A DNA stretch of 64,000 nucleotides from Minisyncoccota bacterium (GCA_031291875.1 JARLIE010000165.1:1119-65118), one strand, 5' to 3'; positions 46,052 through 56,061 are shown, numbered from the stretch's first letter. Notes: generated from the sequence alone by a model not told the origin. Translations and numbers: made by a program.

Positions 46052-46354
46052 TTAGGAAGCGAGTCGGGACAAGAGCGTGTCTATTCCTGTCCGCATTTCC
46101 TTCGAGATCCCTGGATCATTCAGAAGATCGTCGATCGTTGCCTTCAGTACGCTATCAATGGTGGTTTCGTTATCGAAAAGATACGTAGGAAACTCGCCGA
46201 ACTGTTCGAAGTATTCAATAAACGAATGCTTACGAACGGAGGCGTCCTTATGCGTGGCCTCGGCCTTCATCTCCTCGAAGTTAAATTTCTTTCTTCTCGG
46301 TTCTTTCTGGAGCGGCACGAGCGGATTTTTCTTCACGACTTTAGTATACCGCAA
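46052..46354 (-). CDS. Hypothetical protein.
   Basis: 100 aa ORF. No motif recognised. Confidence 0.35.
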   Translation of the reverse strand: MRYTKVVKKNPLVPLQKEPRRKKFNFEEMKAEATHKDASVRKHSFIEYFEQFGEFPTYLFDNETTIDSVLKATIDDLLNDPGISKEMRTGIDTLLSRLAS

Positions 46355-46364
46355 ATCGTGCGCT

Positions 46365-46835
46365 TTATTTGATGTTCACGATCTTGTACTTCTGCGAACC
46401 TTTCGGCGTCTCGAACGTAAAGAGGTCGCCTTTCTTTTTGTTCATCAAAGCCGAGCCTAGCGGCGAGAGGTGCGAGATTTTGTGCTCGTGCATGTTTGCC
46501 TCGGCAGACCCGACGATCTCGTACGTGTGCTCTTCCTTTTCGCCCTGCTTTTGGATGGTGACGACGGAGCCAAGGGAAACAGTCGAGCTTCCCTTTCCGT
46601 GCTCAATAATGCGCGCGTGCGCGAGCTGCTCCTCAACATTGCGGATTCGATCTTCTGTCGCAGCCTGGAGGTTGCGCGCTTCTTCGTACTCTGCGTTCTC
46701 GGAAAGATCCCCGAGCGAGCGAGCGTACTCAAGCTGTTCCGCGATTTCGCGGCGACGAACGGTCTTCAAATGCTCAAGCTCTTGGGTAAGTTCGTCGAAC
46801 TTTTCCTTGCTTAAATAGTTGGTTTCTTCATTCAT
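46365..46835 (-). CDS. greA: Transcription elongation factor GreA.
   Basis: N-terminal coiled coil with ...LGDLSENAEY... and a C-terminal FKBP-like domain. Confidence 0.88.
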   Translation of the reverse strand: MNEETNYLSKEKFDELTQELEHLKTVRRREIAEQLEYARSLGDLSENAEYEEARNLQAATEDRIRNVEEQLAHARIIEHGKGSSTVSLGSVVTIQKQGEKEEHTYEIVGSAEANMHEHKISHLSPLGSALMNKKKGDLFTFETPKGSQKYKIVNIK

Positions 46836-46888
46836 ATATGGTGAGTTGCAGCATTATACAGGATTTGCCGCACGCAACAATACTTGCG

Positions 46889-48589
46889 TCAATTCACGTA
46901 TTCGGGATGATTTGCGATAAGCCACTGGAAGAAAGGGATCAAACTCGCCTCGGCGTTGTGGGTCTCGGACGCCGGTCCTTTCTCCAGAACGACGGCAAAC
47001 GCGTATTTGGGATTGTCTGCCGGCCAGTACCCCACAATCCATGAGTTGACCCACTGGTTGTGTGCGCCGATCTGGGCTGTACCTGTTTTGACCGCCAACT
47101 GGATACCCGGGAGATTGAGAACATTGTCGATTGCATCGCTTCGGTTCGAGGTGATAGCGAGCCTCATACCATCGCGAACGATTGCGAGATTCGAATCTGA
47201 AATGGGAATCTGTGTAAATTGCGGACTCGAAGAGGCAAGGAGCTGTGGTGTGAGTAATTTGCCGCCGTTCGCGATAGCTGCGACGAACCTAGCCGCCTGC
47301 AGCGGCGTCACCTGGAATCCGAACTGTCCGATGCCAGTGTGATAGGTGTCGCCAAGTAGCCAAGTCGGATTCGAGGGAAAAACGGAAGCTTTCCATGCTG
47401 GCGATGGGACGAGTCCCGCTTGTTCGCCAGGGAGTTGGATTCCCGTTTTGGTGCCGAGGCCGAACAACTCGGCGTATTTATCCAGTCCGGAGACACCGAG
47501 CCCTTGTTGGCCCTGGTATCCGCCGGCGATGGTGTAGAAATATTCGTCGGAAGAGACGGCGATCGCCGTTTCCATATCGATCGGTCCGTGCACCGTCCAG
47601 TCGTGGAAAATACTCGGTTGACTGGGATTGTAGGGGTTTGGAATCGTGAGCGCGCCGGTCGAGACGAGGATTTTATTCGGCGAAATGATACCAGCGTCGA
47701 GCGCACCTGCAGCGAAGATGGTCTTTACGATCGAACCCGGCGCATACAGGCCGCCGACGGCACGATCGAGGAGCGGTGAGCTCGGATTCTCGGTCGCTGC
47801 AGCGATCGCCGCGTTATCACCCTGAACGAACGCATTGTTGTCGTATTGCGGGAAGCTCGTAAGCGCGTACACCTGTCCGGTACGAACGTCCATAATGACC
47901 CCCGACCCTCCAACGAATCCGTCGACAGAAGCTCCTTGTACGATCGATTTATAGAGCTCTGCTTGCAAATTAGCGTCGATTGAAAGATACAAATTTTCAC
48001 CGTCTTGTGGCGGCGTAACAATATCGGAGCGTATCTGACGGCCGTGCGCGTCTGTCTCGATCATTGTCGCACCATTTTTGCCTTCAAGCAGCGAATTGTA
48101 CTCGAGCTCCAATCCAGAAGTACCCGAATAATCCGTGCGCCACCAGTTGCCCTGCTTATCAACCTGCGGATACGACAAAAAACCAAGGAGGAGTGAGAAT
48201 CCCGGCTGAGCAATGTACTGACGCAGGGCGAAGGGCTTCGTTGAGGAAGCGCTCGTTTGTGGTGCGGCGACGTTCCAGGCGAGTTCGGTCCCATTACGAT
48301 CGTAAATAATGCCGCGTTGGGCAAAGAGAATATTGCTCGAAAGCGTGTTTTGGAGCGAAATTTGCGCGAAGGTCGCGCCTTGTGCGACCTGCAACGTGAA
48401 CGCACGAGCGCTAAAGGCGATCGCAATACAGGCAAATACGACGCCGACGCCGAATATCGCGCGACGAGACATAGGCCGCTCTACGCGTCCCTCAAACTGC
48501 GTGCGGTTGTGCGCCGGCAAATTGGAAGAATCGAGGAAGATCTCCTCAGGCGCTATTTCATGAATCGTGACGCGCTTGCGGCGGAACAT
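46889..48589 (-). CDS. mrdA: Penicillin-binding protein 2 (elongasome transpeptidase).
   Basis: N-terminal TM; SxxK as GSIVKT; KTGTAQ (KTG box). It lies directly downstream of mreBCD. Confidence 0.85.
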   Translation of the reverse strand: MFRRKRVTIHEIAPEEIFLDSSNLPAHNRTQFEGRVERPMSRRAIFGVGVVFACIAIAFSARAFTLQVAQGATFAQISLQNTLSSNILFAQRGIIYDRNGTELAWNVAAPQTSASSTKPFALRQYIAQPGFSLLLGFLSYPQVDKQGNWWRTDYSGTSGLELEYNSLLEGKNGATMIETDAHGRQIRSDIVTPPQDGENLYLSIDANLQAELYKSIVQGASVDGFVGGSGVIMDVRTGQVYALTSFPQYDNNAFVQGDNAAIAAATENPSSPLLDRAVGGLYAPGSIVKTIFAAGALDAGIISPNKILVSTGALTIPNPYNPSQPSIFHDWTVHGPIDMETAIAVSSDEYFYTIAGGYQGQQGLGVSGLDKYAELFGLGTKTGIQLPGEQAGLVPSPAWKASVFPSNPTWLLGDTYHTGIGQFGFQVTPLQAARFVAAIANGGKLLTPQLLASSSPQFTQIPISDSNLAIVRDGMRLAITSNRSDAIDNVLNLPGIQLAVKTGTAQIGAHNQWVNSWIVGYWPADNPKYAFAVVLEKGPASETHNAEASLIPFFQWLIANHPEYVN

Positions 48590-48610
48590 GCGCGTACTAT
48601 ACCAAATTCC

Positions 48611-48865
48611 CTATGACAAAAGTTCTTTGCGCAACGGCTCGAATGCCCATACGACGAGTACTGCGAAAATGGTGAAAAGCGGAAGTCCGTGAAAGCCCGC
48701 TCCGGGCGCGAGCCAAAGCAAATCCATGAATACGCCGAGCGCGATTGCCTCCCACGCGCGAAAGCGCAGCGAGAGTGCAAGGATGCAGATCAGCGGGATG
48801 TACCACGTCCAAAAGATCGCAGCTATAAAGCCGATGACGGCGACAGCAATACGAAGGGCGTTCAT
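48611..48865 (-). CDS. mreD: Small membrane protein in the MreD position (putative MreD-like).
   Basis: 84 aa, 3 TM. It lies between mreC and the PBP2 gene, but is shorter than canonical MreD. Confidence 0.45.
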   Translation of the reverse strand: MNALRIAVAVIGFIAAIFWTWYIPLICILALSLRFRAWEAIALGVFMDLLWLAPGAGFHGLPLFTIFAVLVVWAFEPLRKELLS

Positions 48866-49644
48866 GGGGATACGTAGACGTATTGCAACGACGAGAGTGA
48901 GACTGGGAGCGAGACGTATACCGCCTGCTGCGCGTTCGCAGGATTCGAGTCGACGTGCTGTACGACGCCTACGGGACGATTTCCCATTTGTGGAGAGAGC
49001 ACAGGATCCCCCACTGCTACCGTGACGCCATGAGGAACCTGCGCGATAGCCTGGCCGCCCGAGCCAGCAGCTACGACAGAGGCACTATCGATGGTTACCG
49101 GCGTCTGCTGTCCCGATGCGAAGAGTTCGGTTACGAGCGATTGATGCGCCTGAACTTGCGAAACTTTGCCGACAACGAAATTGCCGGAGGTAAGCGCGAG
49201 CGATCCGACGGAAACTGAATCCGCGCTACCGGCACCGATCGAAAACGTTCCATACGGAGAACTTATGATCGAGGAGATGATTGGAGCCGCAAGACCAGGG
49301 GTCGTTTGTGCCAAATGTTCGAGAGACGAGAGAGATTGATTTTGCTGTTCGAGCGCAGCGTATGCGCCGCTTTGTAACTGCTCTTGCTGCAATTGCGCCT
49401 GGAGTGCCGCGATCTGCGCCTCAAGCGCGCCCCGGGTCGTGAAATAACCGTTTGCGCCAATCGCCTCACCTGCTTTGCCACCGACCGAAGCGATCGGAGC
49501 CGCTATATCACGCGCGAGCGACGAAAGCTTACCGCCGAGCGCAATATTCAAAAGCAACACGACCACCGCGAGGAACGTCGCCAACATAAGCCGCCGCCGG
49601 GCATTCCTGCCGGATGATCCGCTGTTGCGAAACCCGTTCGCCAT
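48862..49644 (-). CDS. mreC: Rod shape-determining protein MreC.
   Basis: N-terminal TM, a coiled-coil (LQAQLQQEQLQ) and a C-terminal beta-rich domain. Internal start MANGF. Confidence 0.75.
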   Translation of the reverse strand: MANGFRNSGSSGRNARRRLMLATFLAVVVLLLNIALGGKLSSLARDIAAPIASVGGKAGEAIGANGYFTTRGALEAQIAALQAQLQQEQLQSGAYAALEQQNQSLSSLEHLAQTTPGLAAPIISSIISSPYGTFSIGAGSADSVSVGSLALTSGNFVVGKVSQVQAHQSLVTELFASGQQTPVTIDSASVVAAGSGGQAIAQVPHGVTVAVGDPVLSPQMGNRPVGVVQHVDSNPANAQQAVYVSLPVSLSSLQYVYVSP

Positions 49645-49645
49645 A

Positions 49646-50716
49646 TTATTCCGTCGGCACCAATTCTTCGTCGCTGCCAAGCAATGTCTCCCGGTACGTA
49701 TCCATGTCGTTGAGAATCGCCGAAGTGCCGCGAACGACTGCGGTAAGCGGGTCCGTAGCGACAGTGACGCTTACACCCAAGTGTCGAGTCAATAATTCTG
49801 GCAACCCCCTGATAAGCGCGCCCCCACCCGCGAGGAAAATTCCCCGCTGCATAACGTCGGAAACAATTTCCGGGGGCGTTGTTTCAAGCACTTCTTTGAT
49901 CGACTCGATCAAATCTTCGATGGAGTGTCCGATCGCGTTGCGGATGTCCTGGTCGCTGATAACGATCTCACGCGGAAGCCCAGTCACGAGGTCGCGTCCA
50001 CGAATGACTGCTTCTCGTACGTCGCGCGAGGGTTGGACGCTCGCGATAGCGATCTTAATCTCTTCGGCGCTTTTTTCTCCTATCAAAAGTTTGAACTCAT
50101 TGCGAATGTGCGCGGAGATATCCTGATTGAAACGATCGCCCGCAATGCGAATGTTGCGCGCATTCACCAAGCCGCCAAGCGAAACGATACCAATGTCGGT
50201 CGTGCCGCCGCCAATGTCGATGATCATGCTACCCGAGGGCGAGTGGATCGGCAGTTCGATACCGATTGCCGCAGCCATCGGCTCTTCGATGATATGCACC
50301 TCACGAGCACCCGCGGCGCGTGCTGCGTCGCGTACGGCGCGAACTTCGACCGAGGTGATACCCGAAGGCACGCCGACCGCAACTCGGGGCCCGAGAAGCT
50401 TTGTGTGACCGGCCTGCGCTTTATTGATGAGATATGAGAGCATTTCGCTCGTGATTTCGAAATCCGAGATCACGCCATCGACGACCGGTTGCACCGCGAC
50501 GATATGACTCGGCGTGCGGCCGAGCATGTCCTTCGCCTGCTGGCCGACAGCAACGATTTGGCCTGTCTTTTGGTTTACCGCGACAATCGACGGCTCGTTG
50601 ATGACGATGCCGCGATCTTTCACCCACACGAGCGTGTTAGCTGTGCCAAGATCGATACCAATATCATTCGAAACGAGGCTGAGTGCCGAATCTCTCCACC
50701 GACGCACCTTGCTCAT
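49646..50716 (-). CDS. mreB: Rod shape-determining protein MreB (actin homologue).
   Basis: ...DIGIDLGTANTLVWV..., DIGGGTTD. The ORF extends upstream to 50905; the start is chosen to avoid overlap with proS. Confidence 0.88.
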   Translation of the reverse strand: MSKVRRWRDSALSLVSNDIGIDLGTANTLVWVKDRGIVINEPSIVAVNQKTGQIVAVGQQAKDMLGRTPSHIVAVQPVVDGVISDFEITSEMLSYLINKAQAGHTKLLGPRVAVGVPSGITSVEVRAVRDAARAAGAREVHIIEEPMAAAIGIELPIHSPSGSMIIDIGGGTTDIGIVSLGGLVNARNIRIAGDRFNQDISAHIRNEFKLLIGEKSAEEIKIAIASVQPSRDVREAVIRGRDLVTGLPREIVISDQDIRNAIGHSIEDLIESIKEVLETTPPEIVSDVMQRGIFLAGGGALIRGLPELLTRHLGVSVTVATDPLTAVVRGTSAILNDMDTYRETLLGSDEELVPTE

Positions 50717-50741
50717 ACCGCTGTCCATACGTGTCTTCATA

Positions 50742-51995
50742 CTATTTTTGTAATTGCTGTACAACTTCCGAATCTTGCACAAAGCCTGTCGAACCGCTTT
50801 GACGATCGACGCGCTCGATTCCACCCTCCGACATAGTCTTTTCTGAAACCACGAGACGAGTCGGGATACCGATGAGATCTGAATCGGCAAACTTTTCACC
50901 GGCACGCACGTCGCGATCGTCGTAGAGCACGTCGATGCCGCTGTCTTTCAAGAGTTCATACAGACGATCTGCTTCCTTTATCACATCCTCGTTACCGCTT
51001 GAGATTGCGACGAGGTGCGCGGAAAACGGCGCGACCGATTCGGGCCAAACAATCCCTTTTTCATCCGCAAACACTTCTACTAGTGCACCAAGCAGGCGCG
51101 AGGTGCCGATTCCGTAGCATCCCATAACAGGCGCCGCTTCGGAGCCGTCTTTTTGCTTGAACTTCAATCCGAGCGCATCCGAAAAACGGGTTCCTAAGCT
51201 GAAAATGTTGCCGACTTCGATCGCTTTTTGCTCGACGAGTTCCTCTTGCGTGACGCCAAGATCGCCCAACACCTCCGGGAGCAGCACTTCTTTGTTGATC
51301 GCAATTTTCTTACCTTCGTGAACGTAGATTGTGTCTTCTCCTATCGGGGAAAGACACTGAAATTCGTGGCTGTACTTGGAGAAAACGCCGCCGGAAGCGA
51401 AGGTGCGGTAGGTGCGATCACCAATACCCAAGCGCTGGAAAATTTTGACATACGCTTCGGCAACTTTTTCGTACACTTTTTCGTGTTCGTCTGCACTCCC
51501 GGCGAAGCTGTACATGTCTTTCATCAAAAATTCTCGGCCGCGCATAATGCCGCTCTTTGCGCGCTCCTCATTGCGATACTTCCACTGGATCTGGTACGCA
51601 AGCTTGGGAAGATCTGCGTACGAGTTGAGGTAATCGCGCATGATGTTCGTAATCGGCTCTTCCGCGGTGAACGCGAGCGATGTGTCGGCACCGTTTTTGA
51701 GCTGAGTCTTGAACCAATTGTCGACAACCTCGTCACTCCAACGACCGGTCTTTTCCCAGAGTTCTTTGTTTTGCAAAACGGACATGGTGAGTTCTTGCCC
51801 GCCGACGGCGTTCATTTCTTCACGCACGATGTCGTTGATCTTATTGAGTACCCGCAGCCCGAGCGGCAAAAACGAATAGACGCCGGCCATTTCTTTGTGA
51901 ATGTATCCGGCGCGAATGAGGAGTTGGGCATTCTTCGCGACCTCGTCCTTAGGAGCGGTCTTTCGAGTCTTTGTGAAAAGCTCCGATTGTCGCAT
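50742..51995 (-). CDS. proS: Prolyl-tRNA synthetase, minimal form without the INS editing domain.
   Basis: The N-terminus MRQSELFTKTRKTAPKDEVAKNAQLLIRAGYI is typical of ProRS. Class II motifs and a C-terminal anticodon-binding domain. 417 aa. Confidence 0.85.
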   Translation of the reverse strand: MRQSELFTKTRKTAPKDEVAKNAQLLIRAGYIHKEMAGVYSFLPLGLRVLNKINDIVREEMNAVGGQELTMSVLQNKELWEKTGRWSDEVVDNWFKTQLKNGADTSLAFTAEEPITNIMRDYLNSYADLPKLAYQIQWKYRNEERAKSGIMRGREFLMKDMYSFAGSADEHEKVYEKVAEAYVKIFQRLGIGDRTYRTFASGGVFSKYSHEFQCLSPIGEDTIYVHEGKKIAINKEVLLPEVLGDLGVTQEELVEQKAIEVGNIFSLGTRFSDALGLKFKQKDGSEAAPVMGCYGIGTSRLLGALVEVFADEKGIVWPESVAPFSAHLVAISSGNEDVIKEADRLYELLKDSGIDVLYDDRDVRAGEKFADSDLIGIPTRLVVSEKTMSEGGIERVDRQSGSTGFVQDSEVVQQLQK

Positions 51996-52012
51996 AGCCG
52001 AGCTATTGTACT

Positions 52013-53104
52013 TTAGGCAAGCAATCGTGCAATGTCGTTATATGTCACAGTGATCATCAGAAGGATGATCAGCGCCACCCCGATCGTATTGAGCAACTGT
52101 ACGGCAAGTTTCGGTGCGCTTTTTCGCATAATCGCCTCGATCGCCAAGATAAAAAGACGGCCGCCGTCAAGCGCGGGAATCGGAATGAGATTGACGATCG
52201 CAAGGTTCACAGAAATGAACGCGGCGAGCTCGATAACCTCCCCAACACCACTTCGCTCCGCTTGTCCTACCTGGGAAACTAATCCGACAGGCCCTTCGAC
52301 GCCTGAGAGGTTCGGCGAACCCTGGAGTGCGGTTTGAATAATTCCCCAAAGCCCTTGTGCGATGAGAACGAAAGAATTGCCGGTTGTGTAAATCGCCTGC
52401 TGCATTGCTTGCAACGGCGAGAGTGCGACGTTGGCGACCATCACTAGCCCGATTCCGATCGCGGGCTGTCCCGCGTTTTGTGTGTTCACCCCATTGGCGG
52501 GGACAACGCTCGAGCTCGTGGTAGCGTTTTGGTGAAGGTACGTTACCGTTAGTGGTACTCCGCCGTGATCCGAAACGAATGCCACCATGGCCGAAGGCGT
52601 GAGCGCAGCGGGCGCGTCGCCGCGCGAATCTTGTATTGAAATGATCTGATCGCCTGCTGCGATGCCTGCAGAATCAGCCGGCGAACCGGGCAATACATCC
52701 GAAACGAACAGTTGTGCGCTCTGATTGGGCTGCAATTGATCGACAACTGCGGGTACTCCCACACCCAATGCGACGGCAAAAAGAACATACGCGGTAATCG
52801 CGTTCATCGCGACTCCTGCAAGGAGAATAATTGCCTGTTTCCAGCGCGGCGCGTCGATGAAGCTTCCCTTACCATGCTCGTTTGCGTCTTCCTGCTCGCC
52901 AAAAAGACGGACGAATCCGCCAAAGGGTATCCAATTGAGCGTGTATTCGGTGCTGTTAATGGTGCCCATCAGCAATGCACGCGGAGGAAATCCGATGCCA
53001 AATTCTTCCACGCGTACGCCAAATAGTTTTGCAGCGGTAAAGTGTCCAAGTTCATGGACCAAAATCAGAAAGACTAGAATGACGACCACTACAACAGCGG
53101 TCAT
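52013..53104 (-). CDS. rseP: Site-2 protease RseP (M50 family) with a PDZ domain.
   Basis: HELGH motif in TM1 (ILVHELGHFTAA); a PDZ-like segment; a C-terminal LDGG motif. Confidence 0.85.
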   Translation of the reverse strand: MTAVVVVVILVFLILVHELGHFTAAKLFGVRVEEFGIGFPPRALLMGTINSTEYTLNWIPFGGFVRLFGEQEDANEHGKGSFIDAPRWKQAIILLAGVAMNAITAYVLFAVALGVGVPAVVDQLQPNQSAQLFVSDVLPGSPADSAGIAAGDQIISIQDSRGDAPAALTPSAMVAFVSDHGGVPLTVTYLHQNATTSSSVVPANGVNTQNAGQPAIGIGLVMVANVALSPLQAMQQAIYTTGNSFVLIAQGLWGIIQTALQGSPNLSGVEGPVGLVSQVGQAERSGVGEVIELAAFISVNLAIVNLIPIPALDGGRLFILAIEAIMRKSAPKLAVQLLNTIGVALIILLMITVTYNDIARLLA

Positions 53105-53652
53105 GAGCTCATCTCTGTCTCTTTTGTTTCGAACATTCCTTCGAGCTCTTCGTTGGCTGTGTCGATTTTTTTCTGCAGCTCGTTCTTAAGCGAGAATTTG
53201 TCGTCCTCAGTGATTTTGGAATCACGCTCAAGCTCCTGGATAAGCTTCCATGCTTCATCGCGCGCAATACGAATCGCGGCACGAGCTTCTTCGAGTTTCG
53301 CCTTCGCCATCTTAAGGAGTTCCGTGCGGCGCTCACCGGTTAAATCCGGAAACGTGACTCGAACAACTTGACCGTCGGAAGAGGTGCCGACACCGAGGTT
53401 GGCTGCGGTTATAGAGCGCTCAACATCTTTTATCGTGGAAGCATCATACGGCTGGACTCGAATCGTACGGGCGTCCTCAACACCGATCTGGGCAACTTGC
53501 TTGAGTGGCATCATCGAGCCGTAGGTCGAAACACTCACACTATCCAAAATGGCCGGATTTGCGCGTCCAGTACGAAAATTGCGGAATTCTTTGCTGAGCC
53601 AGTCTTTGGCCGCAGCTACTTTTGTTTCAAGTGGTTTGAAGTCGAATGGCAT
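53101..53652 (-). CDS. frr: Ribosome recycling factor.
   Basis: 183 aa RRF sequence (...FRNFRTGRANPAILDSVSV...). Confidence 0.9.
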   Translation of the reverse strand: MPFDFKPLETKVAAAKDWLSKEFRNFRTGRANPAILDSVSVSTYGSMMPLKQVAQIGVEDARTIRVQPYDASTIKDVERSITAANLGVGTSSDGQVVRVTFPDLTGERRTELLKMAKAKLEEARAAIRIARDEAWKLIQELERDSKITEDDKFSLKNELQKKIDTANEELEGMFETKETEMSS

Positions 53653-53689
53653 ATGAAATGAGTATAGCTTACTGGTAAAAAGGAGTATA

Positions 53690-54331
53690 TCAGATTAAAA
53701 GTGCGACCTGCTCAAGCAATGCCTTTTGCAGAGATCCTTTATCCCCAAGGTATTTTCGAGCCCGGTACACGGCCTCAAGTGCTGCTCGATTGGCTTCGAT
53801 GTTATTGGACAATGATCGTTCAAGTTCTGCAAGAAATTCGACTGAGCTTGCCACATCCCGCTTATCGTCTTCATCCTTGTCCAAAAGCGGCTTGAGCAAC
53901 TCGAGCCGCTCAGCAGGCTTCGCTGTAATAAACTGATGAGGATCGATTGCAAATTGCGCGACGGCGGAATCAATTGCAAGCAGTTGAGCGCGGGATCGAA
54001 GTGTCGGTAAGAGTATCTGCGGCGATGGAACCACGATAAAAAAGAGTGCGTCGCCGGACGGCTCCTCGAGTGTCTTCAGTAAAGCGTTTTGCGCGTCGAC
54101 AGTAAGGCCTGGCGTAACGATCACGAATACCCGACGACTCGATGCTATCGCTCGTGAGCCGGCTCGCATCGAGAGTTCTCGGGCCTCATCGATACCAAAG
54201 CTCGGATACTCCCGGACATACACATCCGGATTTCCCCGAGGAGCGATTCCCTCTTTTTCTAGCAGGGAAAGAATGGAGTCGATCGTTTGGCCGTTTCCCT
54301 GCACCAGCTGCACGTTGCCGACGAGATTCAT
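53690..54331 (-). CDS. holB: DNA polymerase III delta-prime subunit (clamp-loader AAA+-like).
   Basis: LLKTLEEPS and TLRSRAQ motifs. 213 aa with no Walker A, consistent with delta-prime. Confidence 0.6.
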   Translation of the reverse strand: MNLVGNVQLVQGNGQTIDSILSLLEKEGIAPRGNPDVYVREYPSFGIDEARELSMRAGSRAIASSRRVFVIVTPGLTVDAQNALLKTLEEPSGDALFFIVVPSPQILLPTLRSRAQLLAIDSAVAQFAIDPHQFITAKPAERLELLKPLLDKDEDDKRDVASSVEFLAELERSLSNNIEANRAALEAVYRARKYLGDKGSLQKALLEQVALLI

Positions 54332-54343
54332 GCGCCGAAATGC

Positions 54344-55360
54344 TCAACGCTTTGCGATAATCGCTTTTTTGTACGTATCCAAGTGTTTGAGGGCTTCACC
54401 CGTCCCTTTGGCGACGCAATAGGGCGCATCTTTCGCAAGGCGAGCCTTCACACCAGTGCGGCGGAAGACGAGCTCCGGGAGGTTGCGCAGAAGGCTTGAG
54501 CCGCCTGTCATCGTGATGCCATTGTCGATAATATCAGCGGCCAATTCCGGTGGAGTTTCTTGCAAGACATCTTTGATGGCTTGTACCATGGTACGCAATT
54601 CTTTACCGATGGCGCGCACCACCTCGTTGGTACCGAGCTCGATCGAACGCGGGAGCCCCGTAAGGTGGTCGCGGCCCTTCACGGTCATCATGAGCTCTTC
54701 GTCGACGGGAACGGCCGAGCCGATGTGGATCTTAATTTCCTCAGCCATCTTGTCGCCAATGCCGAGATTGAAGGTCTTCTTGATGTAGTCGGCAATCGCA
54801 TGATCAATGGCATTGCCCGCGCACTTGACCGAAGTAGAAGCGACAATGCCGCCGAGCGAAATGACGGCAACGTCCGTCGTACCACCGCCGATGTCCACAA
54901 TCATGTGTCCACGCGCCTCGTGAATCGGGATGCCAGCGCCGATCGCCGCCAGGATTGGCTCTTTTACGACGTATGCCTCGCGCGCACCCGCTTTCGTTGC
55001 GGCCTCAACGACAGCGCGGCGCTCCGTCGATGTGACACCGGCAGGAACTGACACCATTACTTCAGGTTTGAAAAGATTCCATTTTCCGAGCGACTTGCGG
55101 ATGTAGTAGCGGAGCATCGCTTCGGTCACGCGATAATCGGCGATAACACCGTCCTTCATTGGGCGATACGCGATAATTTCGTCAGGGGTTCGGCCCACCA
55201 TTTCTTTCGCCTCGTTGCCGATCGCGAGGATCTTGTTGTCGCCATGCGAAACAGCAACAACCGAAGGCTCGTTCAAAACGATGCCGGTGCCCGGGACGAA
55301 GACCAGAACGGTCGTGGTACCAAGATCGATACCGAGTTTCGGAGAAAACGAATAGGTCAT
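54344..55360 (-). CDS. Second MreB/Mbl-family actin-like protein.
   Basis: KLGIDLGTTTVLVFV, DIGGGTTD. 338 aa. Confidence 0.85.
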   Translation of the reverse strand: MTYSFSPKLGIDLGTTTVLVFVPGTGIVLNEPSVVAVSHGDNKILAIGNEAKEMVGRTPDEIIAYRPMKDGVIADYRVTEAMLRYYIRKSLGKWNLFKPEVMVSVPAGVTSTERRAVVEAATKAGAREAYVVKEPILAAIGAGIPIHEARGHMIVDIGGGTTDVAVISLGGIVASTSVKCAGNAIDHAIADYIKKTFNLGIGDKMAEEIKIHIGSAVPVDEELMMTVKGRDHLTGLPRSIELGTNEVVRAIGKELRTMVQAIKDVLQETPPELAADIIDNGITMTGGSSLLRNLPELVFRRTGVKARLAKDAPYCVAKGTGEALKHLDTYKKAIIAKR

Positions 55361-55402
55361 AGCTCGGGCATTGTAGCGTGCTTACCCGCTTTCACAAACG
55401 TG

Positions 55403-55537
55403 TTGACAGCAATAAACGACAGCAGTAGTATCCGAAGCAGCTCAATTCACCAATTCGGCTTCCCCAACGCCCCCCCTGATGGAGGCCGAATACCCAGAGG
55501 CCACGCTTTTCCCCCAAGAGCGTGGCCTCATTTTTTT
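55403..55537 (+). ncRNA. Candidate small RNA: a near-consensus sigma70 promoter, a ~100 nt transcript and an intrinsic terminator.
   Basis: TTGACA-17nt-TAGTAT at 55403-55431. Internal hairpin AATTCGGC...GCCGAAT. Terminator hairpin GAGGCCACGC...GCGTGGCCTC followed by TTTTTTT (55490-55537). Confidence 0.4.
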
Positions 55538-55880
55538 ACATACGGTCTTGCTGCCTGCTTGCCGTGCGAGGCGTAACCTTCCCCGCTTTACCTTTCTCTC
55601 TAGGATCTGACGAGTCTGTCTCGTGCTTTTTGGGATTGATCTCCCACCAGAATTTCTTCGAAAAGTTCTGTGAGTCGTCGCAGACTCGTTTGAGATAGTA
55701 CAAATCTTTGGTGGGAATTTTTTCAAGCAATTTCCCCATTCGAGACATGGTTATCTTGGGATAGTTATCACGCATGCGCTGCGCGTTGAGTCGCTGACAA
55801 AAATACTTCATGAGTTCGCCGCGCTCTGTCTCTTTCGACTTCGAAAGTGTACGTTTGATGTGATCCTTGATGTGTTCCAC
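55536..55880 (-). CDS. Hypothetical small basic protein.
   Basis: 114 aa Lys/Arg-rich ORF. Confidence 0.35.
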   Translation of the reverse strand: MEHIKDHIKRTLSKSKETERGELMKYFCQRLNAQRMRDNYPKITMSRMGKLLEKIPTKDLYYLKRVCDDSQNFSKKFWWEINPKKHETDSSDPREKGKAGKVTPRTASRQQDRM

Positions 55881-55924
55881 CTACCCATTGTAGCAAAAGT
55901 CGAAATCTGCTATGGTGCAGGTCC

Positions 55925-56061
55925 GTTGCCTCGCCCCTTGGTACCGCCGCACCGAGGGTGTGAGGCGGGTCGGCGAGAGATGGCGCAATGGTCTCTCGTG
56001 CAGCCGCTCTCGCCGGCCCACATATTGCTCTTAGAGCCGCCCATGCGGCTCTTCTTTTTTT
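55925..56061 (+). promoter_or_regulatory. Structured GC-rich leader or small RNA ending in an intrinsic terminator 15 nt upstream of the def ATG.
   Basis: 13-bp stem GGGTCGGCGAGAG...CTCTCGCCGGCCC (55967-56019) with a nested hairpin GAGAG-N13-CTCTC, then the terminator AGAGCCGC CCAT GCGGCTCT TCTTTTTTT (56033-56061). Confidence 0.4.

Noticed and set aside
55403-55537. The candidate sRNA being SRP (4.5S) RNA, 6S RNA or tmRNA.
   Set aside because: No extended helix-8-like hairpin with a GNRA tetraloop, no tmRNA tRNA-like ends, and too short for 6S. No known family recognised by eye.
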